A stretch of 64,000 nucleotides of DNA from Bacillota bacterium (GTDB lineage Bacteria; Bacillota_I; Bacilli_A; ML615J-28; CAG-698): contig JAEEHM010000063.1 of the NCBI GenBank assembly GCA_016280895.1, positions 5,392-69,391 on the forward strand, in the 5' to 3' direction. The notes beneath the pieces were generated by a model. It did not search any database. It saw only the letters and a list, made by a program, of their open reading frames with translations, and had not been told where the DNA came from. Positions 1 to 10,195 of the stretch are shown here, piece by piece. Every line of letters begins with the position of its first letter. Positions within the stretch are counted from its first letter, which is position 1. A program made the position numbers and the translations under genes.

Positions 1-336
1 TGGTTTAAAACAAATAAATTAGAAGAGAAATGGTATCAATTCTTAAAAATAAAAAAATGGAAAAAAATAATGCCAACTTATGAAAAAGAATTATTTGATC
101 CAAAACTACATTCATGGGAAGATATTCTAATGGCAATGTGTCAAGCAGAAGTAGTTCATGAAATAATAATGATATTAAGCTATATACCACTTATTTTTTC
201 AATATGGTTCAATGAATTTATTGTGTTTTTAATTACATCAATATTAGCATCTTTGTTGGATTATATTTATGTTATGATGCAAAGATATAATCGTAATCGA
301 ATTATTAGAATAATTAATAAAAATCATTCTATTTAA
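1..336 (+). CDS. 5'-truncated membrane protein; the C-terminus resembles the CrtO-like glycosyl-4,4'-diaponeurosporenoate acyltransferase family
   Basis: The frame is open from nt 1 with no upstream stop, so the ORF enters from outside the window. The C-terminal motif 'MMQRYNRNRI' preceded by a TM segment with AE..HE matches, from memory, S. aureus CrtO '...QRYNRPRL'. Confidence 0.4.
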   Translation, partial: WFKTNKLEEKWYQFLKIKKWKKIMPTYEKELFDPKLHSWEDILMAMCQAEVVHEIIMILSYIPLIFSIWFNEFIVFLITSILASLLDYIYVMMQRYNRNRIIRIINKNHSI

Positions 337-404
337 GTTTTACAAAATAGAATGTTTTTTTTATTAAACGCTAGTATATATTTTATTTTATTTTTCATAA
401 ATAA

Positions 405-433
405 TTGTTGAAATATAAATAATATGGTAAAAT
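405..433 (+). promoter_or_regulatory. Putative sigma-A promoter for the HD-GYP sensor gene
   Basis: TTGTTG (405-410), a 14-nt spacer, then TGgTAAAAT extended -10 (425-433). An AT-rich leader follows, with GGAGAG RBS at 511-516. Confidence 0.3.
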
Positions 434-523
434 ATATACAAAGAACTAAATTGAATTAAAAAGAACAATTAAAGATCATATTTTTTGTTGATTATTTTTT
501 AAAAACACTTATCTGGAGAGCCT

Positions 524-3500
524 ATGAAAAAGAGTTTTTTATTTATTTTGTCCACATTGATTTGTATTGTGGCTATTTTAGCTTTTAAACCAATCAATGT
601 TTATTCTTATATGAGTGATAAGACCGAAATACCTGTTAATTTGGAAGTATCTGGTGCTGAAGCCTTATGTCAAACTGATGATGGCTTTGTTTGGATTGCG
701 CAATATTCAGGTTTGACACGCTATGATTCAAAAGATTTTGTTACATATAAAAGTTTTATTGAAGATGGACAAGAACATTTTATTTTAAATGTTCGTGCGC
801 TCGCTAAAAAGAATAATACTTTATTTATTGCAACTTCATCTGATGTAATTATCCATGAAGATGAATCTTTTTCTTTAGTTAATTATAATTTTGGTGATAT
901 TAGAGATATTATTTACGATGATAATAAGGATTATTTATATATTTCAACTTCAACAAGTGCCTATATTTATGATATAAATACAGAAGAAGTATCTACAATT
1001 CCTTCAACTCTTTCATTGAATATTTCTGATATTGCTTTAGATACTAAAAGAGATAATTTCTATTTCCAAAATGATGTTGGTGTCTTTGATAAAGATGGAA
1101 ATGAAATTTATTTATTCCCTAAATTCTTAGATATTTATTCATATGATGATATTTTATATATGGCAGAAGATGAAGGAATAATTCATCGCTATAACATGGA
1201 TACAAAAGAATTCTTGAGTGATATAACTGTACCAGATCAAGTCAATAAACTACTGTATTCTGAAAAAGATAAAACATTATTTGTGGCTTGTGACTCAATT
1301 GGTTTATATTGTATAGATTTATCAACCGATGAAATGAATGTTTCAATCGCTGATGATTTAGAAAACAAGAGTCAATTGATTGATTTAATGATTGATTATG
1401 AAGGCAATTTATGGTTAGCATCACATTATATTGGTGCATCCGGAGTTTCAATTATTACTAAAAATTCATTAATTGAATTACTACATAGTGATTCAATTTG
1501 GAAAGATTTAAGTCTACCACCTGAATTGGAAAGAAATGTTTATGCAGTAGAAAAGTATGATAATATTCTATACATTGTTGCATCTTCACATATCTATTTA
1601 TATGATATAAATCAAAAGAAAATCTTGCCAGATAATATCATTATGAATACTATTAATGATTATGCTAATCAAAAAACATTAGAAGGTAGAGCAGGTGGAG
1701 ATGAAAATTATACATTCTCTTTTGCACCAAAAGATATTGAAAAATTAAATGATAAAATTTATTTTGCGGTATCAAGTATTGGTATTGTAGAATATGATCC
1801 TGAAAATAATACTGTTAAAATTTATGACATTGATTATATGACAAGTCATATTAATAAACTTGTTGGAAGTCCTAATTTGGAATTAATTAATGTTACAAGA
1901 TCTTTACGAGCTTTTGATGATTATCTTGCTATTGGTTGTAGCCGTGCTTTGATGAAATTTGATGGTACTTCATTTTCGATTTTACAAGTACCTTCAAATG
2001 TTGTCTACATCAATAAAACTAAAGATGGAAAAATATTATATAACACTACAAAGGGATTATTTGTGGTAGATGATGATTTTTCATCATCAGTAGAAATGCC
2101 TACTGAAAAATCAGTTTCAGCAAGTAGATTAAAAACATTAATTGATGGTGATTACATTTATTATAATTTGAATAGTAGATTATATCGTTTAGAAAATGTA
2201 AATGGTGAATATAAATCAAGTGAAATCACAATTCCTTATATTAAAGGTTCTATCGTTGAACTTTCCAAAATTCAACATAAGAAATTAAATGGTGAAATTG
2301 AGGAAAAATATATAATTGCGAGTGAAACACAAATTTATATTGCACCTTCATTAGCAGGTGATACACTTAGAGAATATGAATTTTATGATAAGACAAATGG
2401 ATTACCTTCTATAAAAGCAAACACTTCTGGTTATTATGATGCTGATGCTCAAATATATTATTTCCAAACTATTAATGGCATCTTTACATATGATTTCAAT
2501 GAAAAACATGATATAAAAGTACCTGTTAAGATGGCAGTATCATCTACAGAATTAGATGATAAAAAATATTATGGAAATACTATTCATGTTGAAAAAGGTG
2601 TATATCGTATCGCATTTAACTTATCAGTTTTAGGATTTAGACCTAATAAGGGCTATACAATATATTATAAGCTTGAAGGCGTTGATAATGATTATCATAT
2701 TGCTGATGCTGATAATAGAAGTATTTATTACACTAATATTCCTGGAGGAAGTTATAAATTCAAAGCATATTCTGTTGATGAATATGGTCAATTATCAAAT
2801 GAAGTGACAATCAATATCACAAAAGACAGAAGGATTTATGAACAGGTTTGGTTCTGGATAGTTCTTGCTATCTTGGCACTTGCTTTTGTAGTTGCTGTTA
2901 CTTTCATAATCATTCGTATTAAGACTAAACAATCTTTAAAGAAACAATTAGAATATAAAAATATTACTGTTGAATCAATACAAGCAATTGCCCGTACAAT
3001 CGACGCCAAAGACGAATACACAAATGGTCACTCAATTAGAGTTGGTTATTATTCTAAACAAATTGCGCAAAGCCTTGGCATGAAAGAAGATGATGTTGAT
3101 AATATTTATTACATCGCCCTTCTTCATGATATTGGTAAAATTGCTATTCCTGATAGTATCTTAAATAAACCAGGTAGATTAACTGATGAAGAATTTAAGA
3201 TTATGAAGAGCCACACTACTCGTGGCGCAAAGATCCTAAGAGGTATTTCCACTATCCCCCAAATTATTGAAGGTGCAAAATCACACCATGAAAAATATGA
3301 TGGTTCTGGATATCCTGAAGGACTAAAAGGTGAAGAAATACCATTCGTTGCAAGAATTATTTGTTGTGCCGACTGCTTTGATGCGATGGCTTCAAAACGT
3401 GTTTACAAGGACCCATTCCCACTTGATGATATCATCAGTGAATTTGAACGCTGCAAAGGCACTCAATTTGACCCACATATTGCGGAAGTTGTAGTACAAA

Positions 3501-3607
3501 TGATGAAAAATGGTGTATTAAAACCATATAGTGGTGAAGGAACTTATTTAGGTGAAGATGGAAAGACTCATAGAATTAAAAGGGGTAATTCTGAGGATGA
3601 TGAATAA
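524..3607 (+). CDS. Membrane sensor c-di-GMP phosphodiesterase (HD-GYP) with a large extracytoplasmic Reg_prop beta-propeller / Y_Y_Y ectodomain
   Basis: N-terminal signal-anchor. An approximately 800-aa ectodomain with repeated 'DG.VWIA...GL.RYD'-type propeller blades and a Y_Y_Y-like segment ('YTIYYKLEGVDNDY...GGSYKFKAYSVDEYG'). A second TM ('VWFWIVLAILALAFVVAVTFIII'). Then an HD-GYP domain ('ALLHDIGKI', 'HHEKYDGSGYPEGL'). Confidence 0.8.
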   Translation: MKKSFLFILSTLICIVAILAFKPINVYSYMSDKTEIPVNLEVSGAEALCQTDDGFVWIAQYSGLTRYDSKDFVTYKSFIEDGQEHFILNVRALAKKNNTLFIATSSDVIIHEDESFSLVNYNFGDIRDIIYDDNKDYLYISTSTSAYIYDINTEEVSTIPSTLSLNISDIALDTKRDNFYFQNDVGVFDKDGNEIYLFPKFLDIYSYDDILYMAEDEGIIHRYNMDTKEFLSDITVPDQVNKLLYSEKDKTLFVACDSIGLYCIDLSTDEMNVSIADDLENKSQLIDLMIDYEGNLWLASHYIGASGVSIITKNSLIELLHSDSIWKDLSLPPELERNVYAVEKYDNILYIVASSHIYLYDINQKKILPDNIIMNTINDYANQKTLEGRAGGDENYTFSFAPKDIEKLNDKIYFAVSSIGIVEYDPENNTVKIYDIDYMTSHINKLVGSPNLELINVTRSLRAFDDYLAIGCSRALMKFDGTSFSILQVPSNVVYINKTKDGKILYNTTKGLFVVDDDFSSSVEMPTEKSVSASRLKTLIDGDYIYYNLNSRLYRLENVNGEYKSSEITIPYIKGSIVELSKIQHKKLNGEIEEKYIIASETQIYIAPSLAGDTLREYEFYDKTNGLPSIKANTSGYYDADAQIYYFQTINGIFTYDFNEKHDIKVPVKMAVSSTELDDKKYYGNTIHVEKGVYRIAFNLSVLGFRPNKGYTIYYKLEGVDNDYHIADADNRSIYYTNIPGGSYKFKAYSVDEYGQLSNEVTINITKDRRIYEQVWFWIVLAILALAFVVAVTFIIIRIKTKQSLKKQLEYKNITVESIQAIARTIDAKDEYTNGHSIRVGYYSKQIAQSLGMKEDDVDNIYYIALLHDIGKIAIPDSILNKPGRLTDEEFKIMKSHTTRGAKILRGISTIPQIIEGAKSHHEKYDGSGYPEGLKGEEIPFVARIICCADCFDAMASKRVYKDPFPLDDIISEFERCKGTQFDPHIAEVVVQMMKNGVLKPYSGEGTYLGEDGKTHRIKRGNSEDDE

Positions 3608-3698
3608 TCTCAAAAGAGCACTCAATTCATATTGAATGCCCTTTTTTATTTTTTAATTATGTGTTATAATAGATAAGCGAATAAAGAGGAGAGAAAAA

Positions 3699-4490
3699 AT
3701 GAAAGAATTTTTAGGATTAGAAGGATATAATAGAAGTCCAGAAGGATATATGTCTTGGCAACATTTAACATTTGTTGGCTTACTTATGGCAACAATGGTA
3801 ATACTTGCAATTATTTTTGGTAGAAAAAATAGAAATAAAGATGAAAAAATAAAAAACAAGGTTTTAATTGTATCTGCAATTCTTATCGATTCAATTGAAA
3901 TATTTAAGATTGTTTGTTTGTGCATTAGAGCTACAAATACTGGTGGTTCTATTTCCAAAACAATTCTTATGACATTACCTTTGTTTTTGTGTTCAATTCA
4001 ACTAATTGCGATACCACTTGCCGCCTTTTCTAAAGGAAGAATCAAAGAAGCAGCTTTAGATTTTGTGTTTATTTTTGGTCTTCTTGGTGCTGTAATGGGA
4101 ACAATAGGAGCTGGTCAAAATTATAATGCTTATCCAGTATTAGGTCTTGACAATGTTGCATCTGGCCTAACACATTCAATATCTGGCTTTGCGTCATTAT
4201 ATATTGTGATATCAGGTATGGAAAGTATGAAAAAGGAAAATATCTTAATTACCTTTGGTATTTTAATTTCATTCTGTGTTTTAGCTTTAATCGCTAATCT
4301 TACAATACCATATAATTATATGTTCTTAATGAATCATGATGGTACACCATATGTAATATTCTATAATATGGTTAATGGAAATAAGGTTTTATATCCAATC
4401 ATTGTTGTTGGATTATTCTTAATATATATTGCCGTTTTCTATTGGATATATTTCTTAATCACAAATAAAAAAAAGAAAGATCTTAAATAA
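3699..4490 (+). CDS. Integral membrane protein (about 7 TM; YwaF/TIGR02206-like?)
   Basis: 263 aa, multiple hydrophobic helices. ATG preceded by AGAGGAGAG RBS. Confidence 0.45.
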   Translation: MKEFLGLEGYNRSPEGYMSWQHLTFVGLLMATMVILAIIFGRKNRNKDEKIKNKVLIVSAILIDSIEIFKIVCLCIRATNTGGSISKTILMTLPLFLCSIQLIAIPLAAFSKGRIKEAALDFVFIFGLLGAVMGTIGAGQNYNAYPVLGLDNVASGLTHSISGFASLYIVISGMESMKKENILITFGILISFCVLALIANLTIPYNYMFLMNHDGTPYVIFYNMVNGNKVLYPIIVVGLFLIYIAVFYWIYFLITNKKKKDLK

Positions 4491-4505
4491 TAATAGGTGA
4501 TAAAA

Positions 4506-4856
4506 ATGTTGTTTATATGCTATCCTAAGTGCTCAACATGTCAAAGAGCACAAAAATATTTAGATGAAAATAATATTAAATATGAGCTAAGAGATATAAA
4601 GCTAAATAATCCTACTTATGAAGAATTAAAAAAGTGGTATCAAAATAGTAATTTAGAATTGAAAAGATTCTTCAATACATCAGGACTTTTATATAAAGAA
4701 TATGATTTAAAGAATAAAATCCCTAATATGACAGAGGATGAACAATTGAAATTACTTGCAAGTAATGGTATGCTTGTAAAAAGACCAATACTTGTAAGTG
4801 AGGATAAGATCTTACTTGGTTTTAAAGAAGAGGAATGGAATAAAATAATCAAATAA
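4506..4856 (+). CDS. ArsC/Spx-family thioredoxin-fold protein (YffB-like)
   Basis: N-terminal 'MLFICYPKCSTCQRAQKYLDEN' redox CxxC motif typical of the ArsC/Spx family. The track start GTG at 4497 is replaced by ATG at 4506, 6 nt after AGGTGA. Confidence 0.65.
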   Translation: MLFICYPKCSTCQRAQKYLDENNIKYELRDIKLNNPTYEELKKWYQNSNLELKRFFNTSGLLYKEYDLKNKIPNMTEDEQLKLLASNGMLVKRPILVSEDKILLGFKEEEWNKIIK

Positions 4857-4871
4857 AATAAGGGAAATTAT

Positions 4872-5585
4872 ATGGAAAAAGAAGTAAAAGAAAAATATGA
4901 TAAGTTAGCATCATTTTGGGATTCAGTATTTGCGTGTGATGAAAATGAAATCGAAGAATATAAAAAGAGCATCAAAGGTGATGAATGGAAAGAAATGGCA
5001 CCTTCAAAGAAATTATTTGATGCATGCTTAAGCATCGCAAATTCCAAAAAAGTTTTAGATTATGGTTGTGGTCAAGGCTGGGCAAGTTTAATTATGGCAT
5101 GCTCTGGTTGCATTGATATTACAAGTGTTGATGTATCTAAAAATGCGATTAAAATGCTGAATGTTTATAAAAAACTATTTAATGTTGAAAAGAATATTAA
5201 TGCGATTAATATTGATGATCAATGGTTAAAAGGTGAAGATAGTGATAAATATGATGCTGTTATTTGTTCGAACGTTATTGATGTTTTACCTTTTTCTATT
5301 AGTAAAGAAATCATTAAGGAAATATATAGAATTACTAAGGCTAATTCAACTATCATCTTTAGCATGAATTATTATTTAGATGAAGAAATGCGTGCTAAAA
5401 AAGGGAGTGACATCAATGAAGAAGGTGAATTATTTGTTGATGGAATATTAAGATTACTTAATAAGAGTGATGAAGAATGGACGAATATTTTTACCAAATA
5501 TTTTAAATTAATAAAATTAGAACACTTTGCTTGGCTTGGTGAAAAAGAAGAAAGAAGAAGATTGTTTTATCTGAAAAAAGAATAA
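4872..5585 (+). CDS. Class I SAM-dependent methyltransferase
   Basis: Motif I 'VLDYGCGQGWASLIMA'; acidic motif II downstream. Confidence 0.65.
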   Translation: MEKEVKEKYDKLASFWDSVFACDENEIEEYKKSIKGDEWKEMAPSKKLFDACLSIANSKKVLDYGCGQGWASLIMACSGCIDITSVDVSKNAIKMLNVYKKLFNVEKNINAINIDDQWLKGEDSDKYDAVICSNVIDVLPFSISKEIIKEIYRITKANSTIIFSMNYYLDEEMRAKKGSDINEEGELFVDGILRLLNKSDEEWTNIFTKYFKLIKLEHFAWLGEKEERRRLFYLKKE

Positions 5586-5620
5586 ACTATTAGAATTAAA
5601 ATCTAATAGTTTTTTATTTT
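5584..5620 (+). terminator. Rho-independent terminator
   Basis: 8-bp stem actattag/ctaatagt followed by TTTTTATTTT. Confidence 0.5.
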
Positions 5621-5663
5621 TAAAAATGTGATATAATTATTATATAAGAAAAGGAGAAATATT

Positions 5664-6749
5664 ATGCTAATAGATGGACACATTCATTATGATTACCCAG
5701 GAGATCCTAAAAAGATTCTAAGGGCATTAGAAATTACTAATGCTGACTTTGCATGTATTGAATCACAAATAGATTCTAGAAAAATCAATCAAAATATTGA
5801 TGCTTTATATGCTAAACTTGTGTGTGAAGGAAAGGTTTATGTAGATGGTGCCTTAGATGCATATTTATATTTTCATCATGATAAGATGGATATGATGCCT
5901 AAATATATTGAGAATTTAAGAAAATGTGGTATTGATGGAATTAAAATGATTGAAGGAAAACCGAGTGATCGTAAGAGATTTCCAATTCCTAATTTTGATG
6001 ATCCTTTATATGATCCAACATTTTCTTATTTAGAAAAGGAAGGTATTAATATAACTTGGCATGTCAATGATCCAGAAGAATTTTGGGATGAAGAAAAGGT
6101 TCCATTTTGGGCTAAGCGTAGTGGATGGTTCTATGGTGATGGAACATTCGCAAATAATATTGACCAATATAATCAAGTAGAAAATCTACTTAAAAAACAT
6201 CCTAATTTGAAAATTACTTTTGCACATTTTTTCTTTTTAAGTAATAATTTAAAACACTTAAGTGAATTATTTGATAAATATCCAAACATTAGTGTCGATA
6301 TTACACCAGGTATTGAACTATTTACTAATATGAGTGATAATATTCTTCAAGCAAAACAATTCTTTAATAAATATAGTGATAGAATCCTATATGGCACTGA
6401 TATTTCAATTGAGACAGCATTTACAGGTGATTTAGATGAAGAAGATGCTAAAACAAGAAAAGAATTATGCCACGCATTTTTAAGTGAAAATAAGCATACA
6501 ATAAAAGGTAATCCTAAAGGATTATTAGGTAGTGATGATATTACATTAAATTGTTTGGGCTTAAGTGAGGAAAAGATTGAAGAAATTGAATATAAAAATT
6601 TCTTAAGATTGTATCCTAAATTAAATGAAGTAAATGTGAAAGCATTGCTTGAAGAAATAAAGAAACATCGAGAAAAACTAATTGAATTAAAGCTCAATTA
6701 TAAATTTTTAGATGAATTGGAAGAAAAGATAAAAGAATATGGTAAATAA
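5664..6749 (+). CDS. Amidohydrolase-family metal-dependent TIM-barrel hydrolase
   Basis: N-terminal 'LIDGHIHYDY' metal-binding HxH motif; 361 aa. Confidence 0.55.
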   Translation: MLIDGHIHYDYPGDPKKILRALEITNADFACIESQIDSRKINQNIDALYAKLVCEGKVYVDGALDAYLYFHHDKMDMMPKYIENLRKCGIDGIKMIEGKPSDRKRFPIPNFDDPLYDPTFSYLEKEGINITWHVNDPEEFWDEEKVPFWAKRSGWFYGDGTFANNIDQYNQVENLLKKHPNLKITFAHFFFLSNNLKHLSELFDKYPNISVDITPGIELFTNMSDNILQAKQFFNKYSDRILYGTDISIETAFTGDLDEEDAKTRKELCHAFLSENKHTIKGNPKGLLGSDDITLNCLGLSEEKIEEIEYKNFLRLYPKLNEVNVKALLEEIKKHREKLIELKLNYKFLDELEEKIKEYGK

Positions 6750-8253
6750 AGAAGATGAAATAAGGATAAGAAGAAAGATTGGGCAAGTAATATTTTGTGG
6801 TTTTAATGGCTATCAAATAAGTGAAAATTTAAAGAATTTAATTGATAAATATTATTTAGGTAATATAATCTATTTTACAAGGAATTATCAAAATCCAAAG
6901 CAAATGAAACAATTGAATAAGGATATTTATAGTTTAATAGAGAATAAAACAGGCTATATTCCTTTAACTGCAATTGACCAAGAAGGTGGCAATGTAACAA
7001 GAATGATGAATGATGTTACTTTTCCGCCATCACCAATGTCATGTAGTCAATCCCATATTGAATCTGCATGCTTTGAAATTGGAAAGATAATCGGAAGAGA
7101 TATGATTATGCTAGGCCTTAATTTGAATTTAGCACCTTGCTTAGATATTAACAGTAAAGATCCATATTATGCTAATATCAGACATTATTCATCTGATCCG
7201 GATGAGGTTTGTAAATACACTCATGATTTTATTAAAGGCTTATCATATTATGGTGTTTTATCTTGTTTGAAACATTTCCCTGGTGCTGGTGAAGATGTTG
7301 TTGATACACATTTTAATGCATCTATTCTTACAAGAAGTATCAAAGAAATAGAAGAACATGAATTAATTCCATTCAAATATAATATTGATAGTCCTTGTAT
7401 AATGACAACACATACTATCTTTAAAGCAATCGATGATTTACCATCAACCTTATCATCTAAGGTAATAAAAGGCTATTTACGCGATAAAATGAATTATCAA
7501 GGTATTGTTATTACTGATGCCTTAGAGATGAAAGCAATTGATGATTATTTTGGTGCTGTGAAAGCTTCACTTATGGCTTTAAATGCTGGTGCAGATATGA
7601 TTCTATGTTGTCATGATTATCAAGTTCAAGTAGATACATTTGAATATTTATATGATTGCGTAATAAATGGTTCTTTAAAGGAAAGTACACTTGATGAAAA
7701 AATAGAAAGAATAGCAAAATATAAGAATAAGCTAAGACCATATTTGGATAAATATTTTTATAATGAAGAAGAATATCAAGTAAGTATAGCTGCAAATGAT
7801 TTTTCATATCAAGTAGTAAAAGCATCATTTCAATTAATTAAGGGAATAATGCCAAGTTTAAAGAATAATACTCTATTTTTGGCACCGGAATTATACGCAA
7901 TTAATGGTGCTGAGGATGTTTTTGATGATCGTAGTCTTCCCCAAGCATTAAACGCTAATTTTAAGAATGATGTAATTGTGTTAGATAATAAGGAAAGTAC
8001 AAAGAATAAGATATTAAATTTGTTAGATAAATATGATTCAGTCATTGCGTTTTCATATAATGTTAATATTGATAAAGTTAATGTAGATATAATCAATGAA
8101 GTGAATAATAGAAAAAACACCTTTATTATTTCATTAAAGGGAATGATGGATATCAATTTGTATGATGATTTAAGAAATTATGCTGTTCTATATGAATATA
8201 GTCCTAATTCTATAAGAGTGCTAATTGAATTGTTGAAAAGACCAATTGATTAA
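6739..8253 (+). CDS. Glycoside hydrolase family 3 beta-N-acetylhexosaminidase (NagZ-like), cytoplasmic
   Basis: GH3 N-domain motifs 'KHFPGAGEDVVDTHF' and 'ITDALEMKAI'. No signal peptide. Overlaps the upstream gene by 11 nt. Confidence 0.7.
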   Translation: MVNKEDEIRIRRKIGQVIFCGFNGYQISENLKNLIDKYYLGNIIYFTRNYQNPKQMKQLNKDIYSLIENKTGYIPLTAIDQEGGNVTRMMNDVTFPPSPMSCSQSHIESACFEIGKIIGRDMIMLGLNLNLAPCLDINSKDPYYANIRHYSSDPDEVCKYTHDFIKGLSYYGVLSCLKHFPGAGEDVVDTHFNASILTRSIKEIEEHELIPFKYNIDSPCIMTTHTIFKAIDDLPSTLSSKVIKGYLRDKMNYQGIVITDALEMKAIDDYFGAVKASLMALNAGADMILCCHDYQVQVDTFEYLYDCVINGSLKESTLDEKIERIAKYKNKLRPYLDKYFYNEEEYQVSIAANDFSYQVVKASFQLIKGIMPSLKNNTLFLAPELYAINGAEDVFDDRSLPQALNANFKNDVIVLDNKESTKNKILNLLDKYDSVIAFSYNVNIDKVNVDIINEVNNRKNTFIISLKGMMDINLYDDLRNYAVLYEYSPNSIRVLIELLKRPID

Positions 8254-8268
8254 TTGGGCTTTTTTTAT
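8242..8268 (+). terminator. Putative terminator (AT-rich stem)
   Basis: ccaatt-gatt-aattgg hairpin spanning the stop codon, followed by GCTTTTTTTAT. Confidence 0.4.
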
Positions 8269-8303
8269 GTATACATATTTTTACATTCAAAACTATTATT
8301 TTG

Positions 8304-8312
8304 TGGTATAAT
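8304..8312 (+). promoter_or_regulatory. Extended -10 promoter element (TGgTATAAT) for the cobamide cluster
   Basis: TGGTATAAT sits 22 nt upstream of the ATG at 8334. The 80-nt leader is too short for a cobalamin riboswitch. Confidence 0.45.
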
Positions 8313-8333
8313 ATTAATATTAGAGGATACAAA

Positions 8334-9092
8334 ATGAAAAAAGAAAAATTATATATTTCCACAATAGCTACAAATGATCATGAGTTAGCACTTAATTATA
8401 ATCTAGGCTTAGAGATTGCTGAATATTGTACAGCATACAATATGGATGAGCATTTTGATGAAGTAAGTAAGATAGTCGAAGAAAAGATGAAGGGTATCAA
8501 TAGATTTACCTTCCATGCTCCATTCAATGAATTATGCCCTGCCGCAATTGATCCTAAAATTAAAGAAATTGCGTATATGCGTTATGAGCAAGCATTTAAG
8601 CTGGCTCGCACTTATCAAATAAAGCGCATTATTATTCATTCTGGCTACGTTCCAACTGTATATTTCAAATCATATTTTATCGAACAAGCAGTTGAATTTT
8701 TTAAAAAGATTCTTCAATTTATTGATGAAGATACTATAATATGCTTAGAAAATGTGATGGAAGATGAACCATTTATGCTTAAAGAAATTGTGGAAAAGGT
8801 AAATGATAAAAGATTTGGACTTTGTTTAGACATAGGACATGCTCATGTAGCATCTAAAATTGCTGTCGCAAAATGGTTGGAAGTTGATGCTAAATATATT
8901 TATCATTTCCACATTCATAATAATTATAAAAAATATGATGCTCATAATGGTTTAAGTAAGGGTAGTATCAATTTAAATAAGTTCTTTAAGTTAGCAAATA
9001 CTTTATGTGCTGATGCTACATATACCATTGAAAGCATTGATGCGAAAGATTCAATCGAATATTTAATAAAAAAGAAGATTTTGGAAGATTAA
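8334..9092 (+). CDS. Xylose-isomerase-like TIM-barrel (AP endonuclease 2 superfamily) protein; candidate CbiR-type cobamide remodeling amidohydrolase
   Basis: Sugar-phosphate isomerase/epimerase-like motifs ('IIHSGY', 'LCLENV', 'LDIGHAHV'). Start moved to ATG 8334 (RBS AGAGGA). Lies 2 nt upstream of cobT. Confidence 0.55.
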   Translation: MKKEKLYISTIATNDHELALNYNLGLEIAEYCTAYNMDEHFDEVSKIVEEKMKGINRFTFHAPFNELCPAAIDPKIKEIAYMRYEQAFKLARTYQIKRIIIHSGYVPTVYFKSYFIEQAVEFFKKILQFIDEDTIICLENVMEDEPFMLKEIVEKVNDKRFGLCLDIGHAHVASKIAVAKWLEVDAKYIYHFHIHNNYKKYDAHNGLSKGSINLNKFFKLANTLCADATYTIESIDAKDSIEYLIKKKILED

Positions 9093-9093
9093 T

Positions 9094-10194
9094 ATGGAAA
9101 AATATGAATTTATTGATCGTATAAAAGAAATAAAGAAAATAGATGAAAAAATATTAGCACAAGCAAAATTATATCAAGAAAGCCTTGCTAAACCAATTAG
9201 AAGCTTGGGTGGACTTGAAGAAATTGCAATTCAGATTGCTGGTATTAAAGGAAGCATACATTATGATTTTAATCGCTTTGCACTTATGGTATTCGCATCT
9301 GATAATGGAGTAGTAAAAGAAGGTGTTTCTTCAACTCCACAAAGTGTAACATATAGTCAAAGTATTAATCTTACAAGACATATTACTGGTGCGGCAACAC
9401 TTGCAGGGGAATTTGACTGTGATGTTAGGGTCTATGACCTTGGTGTTATCGGTGATACTTCAAAATCAAATGTCATTCAAAGAAAAATAAGAGAATCTAC
9501 TGATGATATTTTTTTAGGACCAGCAATGACAAGAGAAGAATGCATGAAAGCTATTCAAATTGGCTTTGATGCAATAAAAGATAATAAGGATAATTATGAT
9601 GCCTTCGCATTAGGTGAGATGGGAATTGGAAATACAACAACATCAAGCGCAATTATTGCTGCTTTGACTGGCCTTTCTGTTGAAGAAGTCACTGGAAAGG
9701 GTGCAGGTTTAAGCGAAGAAGCATATAAACATAAAATTGATGTTATAAAACACGCAATAAATATCAACAATGTCAACAAAGATGATGTTTATGATGTAGC
9801 ATCAAAGCTTGGAGGCTTTGATATTTGTGCACTTCTTGGTGCATATCTTGCTTGTGCATATTATCATAAGCTTGCAATTATCGATGGCTTTATATCAGCA
9901 ACAGCTGCATATCTAGCATTTCTTATAAATAAGGATGTTAAAGATTATATGATGGCATCCCATAAATCATATGAAATTGGTTTTATGAAGATAATGAAAG
10001 AGATGGATTTAAATCCATATTTGGATTTAAATATGCGCCTTGGTGAAGGTAGTGGTGCTGTACTTGCAATTTCTTTAATCAAAGCTGCATGTGCAATTGA
10101 AAATAAAATGGGTACATTTAAACAAGCAAACATTAATGACGATTATTTACAAGAATTAAAAATAGGTGACAAATTTAGCGTAAAGGAAAAATAA
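9094..10194 (+). CDS. cobT: Nicotinate-nucleotide--dimethylbenzimidazole phosphoribosyltransferase
   Basis: 'GEMGIGNTTTSSAI' signature; full-length CobT architecture. Confidence 0.85.
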   Translation: MEKYEFIDRIKEIKKIDEKILAQAKLYQESLAKPIRSLGGLEEIAIQIAGIKGSIHYDFNRFALMVFASDNGVVKEGVSSTPQSVTYSQSINLTRHITGAATLAGEFDCDVRVYDLGVIGDTSKSNVIQRKIRESTDDIFLGPAMTREECMKAIQIGFDAIKDNKDNYDAFALGEMGIGNTTTSSAIIAALTGLSVEEVTGKGAGLSEEAYKHKIDVIKHAININNVNKDDVYDVASKLGGFDICALLGAYLACAYYHKLAIIDGFISATAAYLAFLINKDVKDYMMASHKSYEIGFMKIMKEMDLNPYLDLNMRLGEGSGAVLAISLIKAACAIENKMGTFKQANINDDYLQELKIGDKFSVKEK

Positions 10195-10195
10195 A

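Noticed and set aside
1242-8156. Minus-strand ORFs nested inside the large plus-strand genes (1242..1451, 2836..3021, 3653..3958, 4640..4852, 6347..6697, 7571..7828, 7830..8156). Similar antisense ORFs occur throughout the track.
   Set aside because: They are entirely contained within, and antisense to, strongly supported CDSs. They have AT-rich low-complexity translations and no RBS. These are typical spurious ORFs in AT-rich DNA.
8254-8333. Looked for a cobalamin riboswitch ahead of the cob cluster.
   Set aside because: The leader is only about 80 nt and AT-rich, with no B12-box-like GC-rich core. The leaders ahead of the genes at 5664 and 6739 are also too short.
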